Origin: a virus
Taxonomy: Duplodnaviria; Caudoviricetes
DNA: 30,023 nt
Strand: one strand, 5' to 3'
Virus record (IMG/VR): IMGVR_UViG_3300044723_004952
Coordinates: 1 to 30,023 of that record
The notes under the pieces were generated by a model. It was given only the letters and a program-made list of their open reading frames with translations. It did not search any database and was not told the origin of the DNA. Position 1 is the stretch's first letter, and every line of letters begins with the position of its first letter. Positions 8,466-17,434 of this stretch are shown in pieces. A program made the translations under genes and the position numbers.

Positions 8466-9988
8466 TGCCTAAGTTCCGCAGTCATGGACAATTAGACGAT
8501 CCCTATCTTGAGGATGGGGATGGTATGTTTGTCGGTATGGATGCGTATACTGAGCCTACTTTATTGCCCGAAGGTATGGTGCAGTTTAGTGTCAACATGC
8601 GGTTTGATCAGGGTACTGCACGAGTTCGGAAGGGATTAAGGAAGGTTCGCGAGATTGCAGGAATCCAAAACCTATTAGCATTTCGAGACCCTGACGGCAC
8701 TAATGATATTTTAGCGGTGACAAACAACGCACTTCTGGGAGTTACTAATTCTACAAAGGTCTTGCCTTTGGCGAACCCAGTAAGCAACGGCTTTGCGATT
8801 CAAGCCTTTAACGAGGTTATAGTTTTTGATGAAGGGCAACGCCCACAATTTTCAGATGGGGATAATTCTTTTACAGCATTCCCTGCTACTCCTACAGTAA
8901 ACCAGCCTGAGTTTACGCAATGTCCAAACGCAGGGTTTGGGACTTACATGTCTAATAGGCTGATAGTGCCAGACTATGCAGATTCAAGCACAACAGTTCT
9001 AATTAGTGACTTGCTGGACAAAAATAATTTTCAGATAGGAACAGGAGAATTTTACGCCAACAAAGGCACAAACGATAAGACAATTGCCTTTTGTCCCTAC
9101 CAAGAATCTCAAATTTTAGTGCTAAACGAAAACAGCATTCATATAATTGGGAATGTCCATTCACTGGACTCAACCAGCTTCGAGATTACTCGGCAATATG
9201 GAATCGCAGGGACTAGGGCTTTTGCACAAAATGGAAGCTATATTTACTTTGTATCAAACGAGGGAGACATTCAGGTTTTAGTGCCTAGTAGTGATCCAGC
9301 AAAAGGACTAGGTATAAGTGTCAGTAAGGTTAACTTAGACCAAGAGCCTTTATCAAAACAAATTACCCCCTTGGTAGAAAGACTCAATCTAGACGCTATC
9401 GATAAGAGCATTGTTCATTACCATAAGAACCGAGTTTATTTTGCTGTTCCGTACATTATTGACCCAGCTAATCCACCGACAGAGCCCACTGTTTTGTTGG
9501 TGTACAATAGCTTGCAGTCAAAGTGGGAAAGCGTCGATATTCTGCCAGTAGGAATAAAAGCTATTTCTAGCCTTCTGGGAAAACTATATATCGCTAGTTC
9601 TGATGCTGTCTATGAATATGAGTCTTCAATAGATGATGATGGCACTTTAATTAATGGTAAGCTGATTACGCGACAGTATGTTTTAGGCAGCCGAGATATT
9701 AAAAAATTTGTCCGTGGATCTATTGGGTATGCTGCTGAAAATGGCAGCAGCACGGCAATAAATGTTTATACTAAAAACCCAGACAATACTATAATTTCAA
9801 AGATAATAGTAGAGGACGATGATGACTTTGATAGGCTCACCCGATTTAATGCTCGCAAGCGTGGGTATAGTGCTAATGTGGAGGTCAATGCCACTAGTGG
9901 TCAGAGTTTACAGACCGAGATCAAGAGGGTAACCCTAGAGGGTTTTGTAGGCAACGGAAGGGCAGGAGGCGTTTACGATGGCAATTAA
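8465..9988 (+). CDS. Tail nozzle / head-stabilisation protein (analogous to P22 gp10 or T7 gp12; beta-propeller-like)
   Basis: 507 aa, beta-rich, with N-terminal FVGMD..LPEG..SVNMRFDQGTARVRKG, YIYFVSNEG, LSKQITP and LLVYNSLQSKWES features. GTG start overlaps the upstream TAG. Position in the tail module fits. Confidence 0.75.
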   Translation: MPKFRSHGQLDDPYLEDGDGMFVGMDAYTEPTLLPEGMVQFSVNMRFDQGTARVRKGLRKVREIAGIQNLLAFRDPDGTNDILAVTNNALLGVTNSTKVLPLANPVSNGFAIQAFNEVIVFDEGQRPQFSDGDNSFTAFPATPTVNQPEFTQCPNAGFGTYMSNRLIVPDYADSSTTVLISDLLDKNNFQIGTGEFYANKGTNDKTIAFCPYQESQILVLNENSIHIIGNVHSLDSTSFEITRQYGIAGTRAFAQNGSYIYFVSNEGDIQVLVPSSDPAKGLGISVSKVNLDQEPLSKQITPLVERLNLDAIDKSIVHYHKNRVYFAVPYIIDPANPPTEPTVLLVYNSLQSKWESVDILPVGIKAISSLLGKLYIASSDAVYEYESSIDDDGTLINGKLITRQYVLGSRDIKKFVRGSIGYAAENGSSTAINVYTKNPDNTIISKIIVEDDDDFDRLTRFNARKRGYSANVEVNATSGQSLQTEIKRVTLEGFVGNGRAGGVYDGN

Positions 9989-10502
9989 GGCTTTAGTGAT
10001 TCCTGCTGATCCTCCCGAAGTCGGGAGCGATATGCTTACGGCATTGAGGAACATCGGTGCACCAGAAGTTTTTGTGCCTACTGATAAGATTACGATAGGT
10101 GCAGGAGAAACCTTACAGGTAGATGGGACGCTTGTAGTAAATGGTACAATATCGGGAAGCGGTGCTCCTACAGGTGGTGGGTCTGGTACTGGTGGAGCAA
10201 CAGCACTTAATGGGTTGAATGATGTGTCCATAGCATCCCTAGATGTTGGGGATATTTTAAAATGGGACGGCACTGCTTTTACAAACCAAAGTGATGCTGT
10301 CGGGGCTACTAGCTTAGCTATAGGGGACTTGACTGATGTTGCTCAAGCAGACTACGCAGACAATTCAGTTTTGCAGTACGACAGTGCGAGTTCGAAGTGG
10401 ATCGCGCGAGGTGCTGTTCAGTTTATAGAGGGTAATATTGATGGTGGCGTAGCTTCGTCCACTTACAGTATTGATCTTAATATAGATGGGGGTGCTGCAT
10501 GA
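9978..10502 (+). CDS. Short tail-fibre-like protein (174 aa)
   Basis: Two fibre repeats (LNGLNDVSIASLDVGDILKWDGTAFTN; IGDLTDVAQADYADNSVLQYDSASSKW) and a double C-terminal IDGG motif. Confidence 0.75.
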   Translation: MAIKALVIPADPPEVGSDMLTALRNIGAPEVFVPTDKITIGAGETLQVDGTLVVNGTISGSGAPTGGGSGTGGATALNGLNDVSIASLDVGDILKWDGTAFTNQSDAVGATSLAIGDLTDVAQADYADNSVLQYDSASSKWIARGAVQFIEGNIDGGVASSTYSIDLNIDGGAA

Positions 10503-10738
10503 GTGTTCGCAGGATTCAGATACGCAGAGATTCCGCAGAGGCATTTTCCACAAGAAACCCAACGCTACACCAAGGTGAGCTTGGGCTAGATATTACCAAT
10601 AAAAGAATTAAATGTGGTGACGGATTCACCAGCTGGAACGATTTAGATTATATAGACAAAACCGCAATGGATGAGATCAGGGAAGAATATGGGGATGAGG
10701 TCTCGTTTATCACACAATATGAACTCCACAAGGAATAA
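10499..10738 (+). CDS. Stand-alone Mtd_N-like (major tropism determinant N-terminal / hyaluronidase N-terminal) fibre domain, 79 aa
   Basis: RIQIRRD..NPTLHQGELGLDITNKRIKCGDGFTSWNDLDY matches the family signature. ATGA overlap with the previous gene. Confidence 0.85.
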   Translation: MSVRRIQIRRDSAEAFSTRNPTLHQGELGLDITNKRIKCGDGFTSWNDLDYIDKTAMDEIREEYGDEVSFITQYELHKE

Positions 10739-10743
10739 ATAAA

Positions 10744-11193
10744 ATGGCAGAACCAACAGACATACTAGGAAAAATCGGCAAGAAAGTTGCCACAGAAATT
10801 AAAGCGGTCAAAGACAATATTACTGGAATCAGTAATATATCAGGAAACCTTTCAATAGGTGGAAACCTAACAGTGCTGGGTGAGACAACAACACTCCAGA
10901 CTGCAACGCTAGAAGTCGAAGATAATATCATCGAACTTAATAAAACTGCAACAGGTGAAAAGGGTGCAGACACTGCTGGTATTGCTGTCAAGCTAGGCAC
11001 TGACCCTGATGCGACTTTAATCTGGGACGATACCGCAGCACAAAAGAACTGGAGCTTTAAAAAAGGTACAGCCTTGGCAGATGTTTCTGCTAATATTGCT
11101 GCACCTGATGGCGATGGTGTAAAGATCAATACTGTAAGTGTCGGTGACTACGCATCTTTTGAGACTGAGTTAAACGCAATTTTAAATCCCTAA
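10744..11193 (+). CDS. Fibre segment protein (149 aa)
   Basis: Common phage-fibre motif GNLTVLGETTTLQTATLEVEDNIIELN followed by ATLIWDD. Paralogous to the next gene. Confidence 0.8.
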   Translation: MAEPTDILGKIGKKVATEIKAVKDNITGISNISGNLSIGGNLTVLGETTTLQTATLEVEDNIIELNKTATGEKGADTAGIAVKLGTDPDATLIWDDTAAQKNWSFKKGTALADVSANIAAPDGDGVKINTVSVGDYASFETELNAILNP

Positions 11194-11196
11194 GTC

Positions 11197-12141
11197 ATGC
11201 CAGCACCAACAGACATTTTAGGGAAGATCGGTCAAGCGATAGCTGCCGAGGTCAATAGTGTTCAAGAATTAGTTGACAATTTAAATGAAGTCACAGGTGA
11301 CTTGACAATCAATGGCAATTTGACTGTTGGTGGACAAACAACCACTTTGCAGACCACTACGCTTGAGGTTGAAGACAATATTATTGAGCTGAATAAAACT
11401 GATAGTGGGGCAATGGGTGCAGCTACATCTGGCATTCAGGTGCACTTAGGGCAGCAACCCAGCTCATTTAATAATCTTAGCTACAGTGACACCAGTGAAG
11501 CTAGTTATGACGCACACTGGGGGGCTACTGCTCAAGGTGCAACAGTTCAAGATAATCCCACAGCCTATACAACAGGTGCTAGTGGCACTCCTACAATTAC
11601 AGTGACCTTGGAAAATGGCTTAGAGGCAGAAGCCATTTTAAGGCGTAGGTATTTCCTTAGAAAGGATAGTAGCTACGACTATGATTATGCAATCTTGTTC
11701 AGCCTAGGAGGTAGCAATACTAGAACCATTAACGGCATAACAGGGTCTGGAATTTTTTTAGAAGACTATAGTGATGGCGTTGCAGCAACACTATCATCGC
11801 CAGATCCAAGGGCTGATAAAAATCAGTTAATAGGTTTATGGAATGTCAGTGGCGTATTATTGCAGACAGAAGGCTGGAGCTTTGACTGGACAACGGAACT
11901 GTATAATGGGATCACGAATTTAGTAATCAACTCATTAGAATTTACTCAGAAATACACTCCTTTAAATCCAGCTACCATTATCTGGAACAATGATAATAAT
12001 AAGTGGGAGATTAAGCAGGGATCAGATATTGCCAGCGTTAAGGCGAACTTCAAAATCGCATCTGGCTCTGCTCTTACTATGAACGGAGTTGCTTTAGGTG
12101 ATTACAATAATTTTCTAACAGGGTACAATTACACTCCATAG
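11197..12141 (+). CDS. Fibre segment protein (314 aa), paralogue of the previous gene with a ~165-aa insertion
   Basis: Shares PTDILGKIG, GNLTV.G.TTTLQT.TLEVEDNIIELNKT, AT.IW and the terminal GDY..F with 10744-11193. Confidence 0.8.
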   Translation: MPAPTDILGKIGQAIAAEVNSVQELVDNLNEVTGDLTINGNLTVGGQTTTLQTTTLEVEDNIIELNKTDSGAMGAATSGIQVHLGQQPSSFNNLSYSDTSEASYDAHWGATAQGATVQDNPTAYTTGASGTPTITVTLENGLEAEAILRRRYFLRKDSSYDYDYAILFSLGGSNTRTINGITGSGIFLEDYSDGVAATLSSPDPRADKNQLIGLWNVSGVLLQTEGWSFDWTTELYNGITNLVINSLEFTQKYTPLNPATIIWNNDNNKWEIKQGSDIASVKANFKIASGSALTMNGVALGDYNNFLTGYNYTP

Positions 12142-12146
12142 TAATA

Positions 12147-12467
12147 ATGCCTAGCACTATATTAGGGCAGATTGGGACAGCTGTAGGAGGGTGGTTACAC
12201 CCTCTTGCAATGTCTTCGGCTACCACTGAGAGTAAGGATTATTTCAATGAACTTTCGTACTCAGATGGTAACCTCTCAGCCATTAATGTTTATGTAGATA
12301 ACGCAAAGACCCAGCACCTGTTCAACAAGGTCTTTACATATGATGCTACAAAAAGATTAATAAGTGTAGTGACTACAAAATATGCAGAACTAGATAATGT
12401 AATTTACACCCAGACAATAGCTTACGACTCAGACGGAAATGTCATGTCGATTACAAAGGATTTCTAA
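12147..12467 (+). CDS. Small fibre-associated protein (106 aa) with YD-like beta repeats
   Basis: N-terminal TILGQIG motif like the two preceding genes, then repeats SYSDGNL, TYDATKRL and AYDSDGNV. Confidence 0.7.
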   Translation: MPSTILGQIGTAVGGWLHPLAMSSATTESKDYFNELSYSDGNLSAINVYVDNAKTQHLFNKVFTYDATKRLISVVTTKYAELDNVIYTQTIAYDSDGNVMSITKDF

Positions 12468-14722
12468 TGAGTTTTTTAGAGGCAAGTGGCATAATTACAC
12501 AGACAGGCATAGACACTAACCTAAGTGGTTTACAAGGCGTGACAGGGGTTACTGTCGTTGATAATGGGTCTCACAAAACTTATCACCTTGATGGTAAACA
12601 ATTAAGAGTTGATGGCACTTTGACTATTGATCCACAGGTGGAATGCTTACTTTTTGAGCGACAACACCTAGACATATATGGCACATTGAATTTTGGTGTA
12701 ACCACTAATATTGGTGGTGCTACTAGATACTCTCGCGCGATTGGTTTAATATCTCATGATACTGGATATGGGCATAATAATGTGACAGGGTTCTTGATAC
12801 GAAGCGGAGGCACTTTAAATTGGAACGGAGGTGCAATGAAATTACGAGGTGGTTGTGATTTCAAAAATGGATCAACTGTAAATATAACGAACGGAATCAT
12901 AATTGCCATAAATTCGGCGAGTCAAAGACTTCGGATGAACTCTGCCAATTGCTCAGTGGACGGACTCTCCATTGACGGCAATCTCCGCTTTGATGTGTTC
13001 AAGACATTTGTAAAATTTGATAGGTACAATCCTAGTTTTAATGCTACTGGTATAATTCAAAAAGTGGGAAGCTTGGATGGTGGAACTGATGACCCTCTTG
13101 TACTTACAGATTTTGATGCCCAAGGGATAGAATCACCCAATGGTGACTTCCTTGGTAGTAGTTACAGAGCGACTAAAATTGAGTTCGTTAACATGGGGTA
13201 CACAGGCGATTTCAATATAAGCCACGATAGCACAGGTGGGGCATCTGCCGTCTCCACACTCTATAAAGATATTAATCTGAAAATCGTGGATACCAATATC
13301 TCAAATATTGAGGGAGCTAAATATTGGACTACCGACAAAGATAATGGCAGTAGGTTTTCTGGAACTGCAATTTGGCGCGGCTCGCAGAATGCCAATGAAA
13401 CATTTTCTTCGGACAGAGTCTACACAGGATCAACTGACTCAAGTGGTGAAGCAACGGAACGACTACTGACCCGTGCATGTTACGGAGGGGCATCCCCTAG
13501 TGGTGTTTACAATGGCTTAACAACAATAGATTATCGTGGCGAAACTACTGACAATACAGATGTTTTTAATTTTTATGTAGCTTCCTACGGACACACCTTA
13601 AATAGTGTCTCCCCCTCGTGCCTTGGCACAGGAGTTCTTGAGCAACAAGTGGTTTTATTTGCTGATGTATTTTTGACGCAGTCTGATAAAGCCACCGTAG
13701 ACGCTTATACCGAAATAGACACGCCACAGAAGTTCTACGACAGGGCAAAGGCTTACTTGGTGGATAACTATGCTGGAGAAACTGATGTCTTTGTTTCTCG
13801 TGATGGTAACACCATAGATGCGGGCTCTTATGATGTAGTGGTAGACGCAAGCGCAGGCTCGGTATTTGCGATTAGCGGTAACACTTTAACAATCAAAGCC
13901 ACCGCATTTGTGGGTAATATTAGCACAAATGGAACTACTACTTTATCTAGTGGTGCGAAGGTCATTGGTACATTTGGGGCAACCACGGTTCTTCCCTGGG
14001 AAGTAAAAAATGTGGAAGCGACCACAAGACTACAGCTTTATAATTTAACTAAGAATGCACTTGTAATTACGCAGAAATTATCTGGCACAGCAGGTACTTA
14101 TGTAGATGCAACTGGTACATACGACCAAACTGAAATTTCAGAAGGAGATGTTATCCGACTGCGATGCACTTGTGTAGTAGGGGCAGAAGCAATGCTACCC
14201 GTTGAGATAACGGGCGTTGCGACAAGTACGGGTATTACATTCTCAGTAGACCAAGTATCCGACGAAGTATACAATTCTAATGGTATAAATGGAAGCACGG
14301 TATCCACATTAACGGCAGACTACAACAGCCCAATGGGTGTAGATGTATCGGATGCGGATGGCACGGCAAGTGTTAAAGAAATCTATGCATTCTTTGTGTA
14401 TTCCACTACAACGGAAGATGGAGTGCATTTATGGTTTGGTGGAATGCGTGCTATTGATAATGCAAACTACGAAGTGATTGTAGATAATGCTGATATAAAG
14501 ATTCAGAATATTGGTAGTAACTCAGTAGTTGTAACAGATGGTAGAATGTACCGGGACGACGGCGCATCTATTTTATACGCGGAGGATGGTGACAAGCCAA
14601 TATCCATGGACTCAGGTGCATTAGTAACAAGTATTCAGCCTCAAGTGGAGGCGGGTTTAAATGCCAACGCAAAGATTGCAAGCATGGACAAGAACTCTAA
14701 ATTAATCCCTGCTCTTCTATGA
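12467..14722 (+). CDS. Large beta-rich virion protein (751 aa), probable spike / receptor-binding or surface protein
   Basis: Gly/Thr/Asn-rich beta-strand periodicity suggestive of a beta-helix, located in the fibre cluster, TAATG overlap. Function is inferred. Confidence 0.6.
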   Translation: MSFLEASGIITQTGIDTNLSGLQGVTGVTVVDNGSHKTYHLDGKQLRVDGTLTIDPQVECLLFERQHLDIYGTLNFGVTTNIGGATRYSRAIGLISHDTGYGHNNVTGFLIRSGGTLNWNGGAMKLRGGCDFKNGSTVNITNGIIIAINSASQRLRMNSANCSVDGLSIDGNLRFDVFKTFVKFDRYNPSFNATGIIQKVGSLDGGTDDPLVLTDFDAQGIESPNGDFLGSSYRATKIEFVNMGYTGDFNISHDSTGGASAVSTLYKDINLKIVDTNISNIEGAKYWTTDKDNGSRFSGTAIWRGSQNANETFSSDRVYTGSTDSSGEATERLLTRACYGGASPSGVYNGLTTIDYRGETTDNTDVFNFYVASYGHTLNSVSPSCLGTGVLEQQVVLFADVFLTQSDKATVDAYTEIDTPQKFYDRAKAYLVDNYAGETDVFVSRDGNTIDAGSYDVVVDASAGSVFAISGNTLTIKATAFVGNISTNGTTTLSSGAKVIGTFGATTVLPWEVKNVEATTRLQLYNLTKNALVITQKLSGTAGTYVDATGTYDQTEISEGDVIRLRCTCVVGAEAMLPVEITGVATSTGITFSVDQVSDEVYNSNGINGSTVSTLTADYNSPMGVDVSDADGTASVKEIYAFFVYSTTTEDGVHLWFGGMRAIDNANYEVIVDNADIKIQNIGSNSVVVTDGRMYRDDGASILYAEDGDKPISMDSGALVTSIQPQVEAGLNANAKIASMDKNSKLIPALL

Positions 14723-14745
14723 GTTTAACTTTCTAACATGGATGC

Positions 14746-14774
14746 TTGACGAATACATTCTTGCATTCTAATTT
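14746..14774 (+). promoter_or_regulatory. Candidate sigma70-type promoter upstream of the 760-aa fibre gene
   Basis: TTGACG (14746-14751), 17-bp spacer, TAATTT (14769-14774), in an AT-rich 81-bp intergenic gap. Confidence 0.4.
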
Positions 14775-14803
14775 ATATGTAACACGATAATTATTGTAAC
14801 ATC

Positions 14804-17086
14804 ATGGCTAGTAACATAACTAACGACGCAAGTGGGTCCCCGGACCTTTCTAATAATCAATCAAACATTAAACTAAGGCAGAATACAGGAGGAACCCCTC
14901 TTGCTCATGCTGATGTTGACGGAAACTTTGAAGTCTTAAGGTTAGGTCATAATGCAGTGGTTACTGCACTAGCTAGTAAATTAGCAAGTTCACACGCAGG
15001 CACTGGTGGTGGTGCTCACTTAGATGCAACCACATCGGTGGCTGGATTTATGTCTAGCACCGACAAGAGTAAATTGAATGGTATAACTGCGGGTGCTAAC
15101 GCATACACTTTACCTGCAGCACTTTCCGGCACTATTGGTGGAGTAAAAGTAGCATCCAATTCTAATATTTCCTTAGCAAGTGATGGCGCAATATCAGTAG
15201 CGCAGGCATCTAGTGCTACAAAAGGGGTAGTTAGGGTTGATAATAGCACTATTACAATTAGTTCTGCGGGCGTAATATCCGCAGCAGCGCAGTCTAGCTA
15301 TACTTTGCCTGTTTCGACTGCCAGTACTTTAGGTGGCGTAAAAGTTGCAGCATCAAGTAATATATCAGTCGACGGTAATGGATTTATAGATGTTCCTGTA
15401 TATGATGCTGCTTACGAAGGTGGTGGAGTTTTTGGTAGAAGTCTTGCTAGGATGGGCGTATCGTATGATTCTTCTGTAGGATCAGACTTGATTCGCAGGG
15501 ATAGTGTAGCGGCATTGACTACAACTGCTACAGAGTTTACTCCATTTGGCCAAACAACCATAGCATCAGACGATGCATTATATGTAGTTAATGGACAAAG
15601 AACAATGAAGATTTATATCCATGCAACTGAAGGCATTGATATAAGAAAAGACGCATCCGGTAGTACAATCGCTGGTGGATATGGGGACAATGACACACAA
15701 GGAGGACTAGGTAGTTATCAATTCCGTGGTGTTGTTGCTGATCCGCTTGATTCTAGGTATGATACTATTCCTCAGTATTTCATTAATTACGGACAAGCTA
15801 AAGCATACTTACAGTTTCATCATCTTGGTATTCAGAGTGTAGAGTTTTGGTTTCTTACTGATGTTACTGAAGACTTGTACCCTTACGGTAGTGGAACAGC
15901 TCCTCATGACGCACATTACTTTAAGGAAAAGTTGTATTCACCTTTTCAGAATGGTGAGCGACAGGTCAAGCAATGGAATGTAACCTTTAAGGGGGGAAGA
16001 ACATTTATACATTACTCAACAGCTAATGTGCATATTGAAGATTTAAGTATAAATATAAATTCTAACGGCCAAGGATTTTCTCATGTATCTGTAGTTACGG
16101 GTGGTGGTTATTTATACCTAGCTGGATATGTAGGCGTATGGGCTGATAGATATTGTGATTTTGGTATATGGGGAGCCTCTAGGCAGTCAACCATTTACAA
16201 CTTCTCAATGGGTGATTATCGAATTAATAATGACCCTAGTAATGGTGGGCGATCTGAGCTATTCCCTTCTTATATTTATCACCTAGATAATTCTCAATGT
16301 AAGGAACTCACATCGTATGGTAATGCAATTTATAACCACGGTGCCTATGCAATGAGATGTGATGGATGGTGGGGCACTGCAAAACTAGCTAATGGATCAG
16401 ATTATCAGGTAACAAATTTCAACATTCCCCACTCAGGTAGTGATGAAGATGCTAGTGTGATGGGTTGGCCAGACGGGTCTTCTACTGGGACTGCAGTACA
16501 AAAGACAATGGCACAAGGTGGATCAGCAGAAGATATTTTCCCTGCCATAGGGCCATACACTCAGATTGTTGGCGCTAGGCAAACATACGATCCATTAGTC
16601 ACAGCTTTTGCAGCTCCTGCATTTATGTCATCTGGAGTGGGTAATACTGTTTCATTTGCTAATTATACAGAATTTACAGGAACAAATTGGGAGGTAGAGC
16701 CTGTTCAGTTGAATAATTATTGCTTCACTCCTGTGATGGGTCAAATACTGTGGGGTAGCACATTAAACCCTAATGTAATGCCCATAGATGGATTCCAAGC
16801 GCTGTTACAAGTGTCGCAAGCATCCTCAGTAAATTTCCCTATTACCATAGCAAACCCGATACATAGTGTAAATTCAGGACTAGCTGCTGGTACAACCAAA
16901 GGAAGGTACTTCCACTTCTTCAAGCATGGATATGCTGGCGGGGATGCTTTTAATGCTTCGACCGCAGACGAGACTTCCTCACACGCCACTGATTCAAATG
17001 GAAATTCTTTTAATAGGTATTTTCCTACCACACCTAATTTCCACGCACAAGATGCAGCTTGGATACCAACCGCTAACTTCGCTTAA
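14804..17086 (+). CDS. Tail fibre / receptor-binding protein (760 aa)
   Basis: N-terminal anchor-like LRQNTGGTPLAHADVDGNF, the fibre motif ATTSVAGFMSSTDKSKLNGI, two YTLP..GGVKV repeats and a large C-terminal beta domain. It is followed by a fibre chaperone. Confidence 0.85.
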   Translation: MASNITNDASGSPDLSNNQSNIKLRQNTGGTPLAHADVDGNFEVLRLGHNAVVTALASKLASSHAGTGGGAHLDATTSVAGFMSSTDKSKLNGITAGANAYTLPAALSGTIGGVKVASNSNISLASDGAISVAQASSATKGVVRVDNSTITISSAGVISAAAQSSYTLPVSTASTLGGVKVAASSNISVDGNGFIDVPVYDAAYEGGGVFGRSLARMGVSYDSSVGSDLIRRDSVAALTTTATEFTPFGQTTIASDDALYVVNGQRTMKIYIHATEGIDIRKDASGSTIAGGYGDNDTQGGLGSYQFRGVVADPLDSRYDTIPQYFINYGQAKAYLQFHHLGIQSVEFWFLTDVTEDLYPYGSGTAPHDAHYFKEKLYSPFQNGERQVKQWNVTFKGGRTFIHYSTANVHIEDLSININSNGQGFSHVSVVTGGGYLYLAGYVGVWADRYCDFGIWGASRQSTIYNFSMGDYRINNDPSNGGRSELFPSYIYHLDNSQCKELTSYGNAIYNHGAYAMRCDGWWGTAKLANGSDYQVTNFNIPHSGSDEDASVMGWPDGSSTGTAVQKTMAQGGSAEDIFPAIGPYTQIVGARQTYDPLVTAFAAPAFMSSGVGNTVSFANYTEFTGTNWEVEPVQLNNYCFTPVMGQILWGSTLNPNVMPIDGFQALLQVSQASSVNFPITIANPIHSVNSGLAAGTTKGRYFHFFKHGYAGGDAFNASTADETSSHATDSNGNSFNRYFPTTPNFHAQDAAWIPTANFA

Positions 17087-17088
17087 TC

Positions 17089-17412
17089 ATGGAATATTCT
17101 AAAGATATAGTTTATGGGGACTACGATCCTCATGCCAACCTAAGATCAGATGTGAATGGCAACCCTACTCCATTCTCCGAGTATGTAGATTTAAATGGAG
17201 TTGGTTCAGTACCAGACAATAGTAAGACTACAATTCGGGTTTACAGGGATGCATTACTCGCATCATCTGACTGGACGCAAGCTGCTGACTCTCCCTTAAG
17301 TGACGACAAGAAAGCAGAGTGGGCCACTTACAGACAGGAACTCAGGGACATCACAAGTATCGAAGATCTCGCTGGTGTTCATGATACACGCTGGCCTGTA
17401 ACGCCCGTTTGA
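17089..17412 (+). CDS. Tail fibre assembly chaperone
   Basis: Family signature RDALLASSDWTQAADSPL..EWATYRQELRDIT..WPVTP. Confidence 0.9.
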   Translation: MEYSKDIVYGDYDPHANLRSDVNGNPTPFSEYVDLNGVGSVPDNSKTTIRVYRDALLASSDWTQAADSPLSDDKKAEWATYRQELRDITSIEDLAGVHDTRWPVTPV

Positions 17413-17413
17413 T

Positions 17414-17434
17414 ATGACGGGACGATCCCGTCAT
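17414..17434 (+). promoter_or_regulatory. Perfect 9-bp hairpin overlapping the GNAT start codon
   Basis: ATGACGGGA (17414-17422), loop CGA, TCCCGTCAT (17426-17434). The right arm contains the AT of the ATG at 17433. No U-tract follows. Confidence 0.55.

Noticed and set aside
10499-17086. Diversity-generating retroelement suggested by the Mtd_N-like domain
   Set aside because: No reverse transcriptase is present, and I saw no template/variable repeat pair differing at adenines. Mtd_N is a generic fibre domain. A DGR outside the window cannot be excluded.
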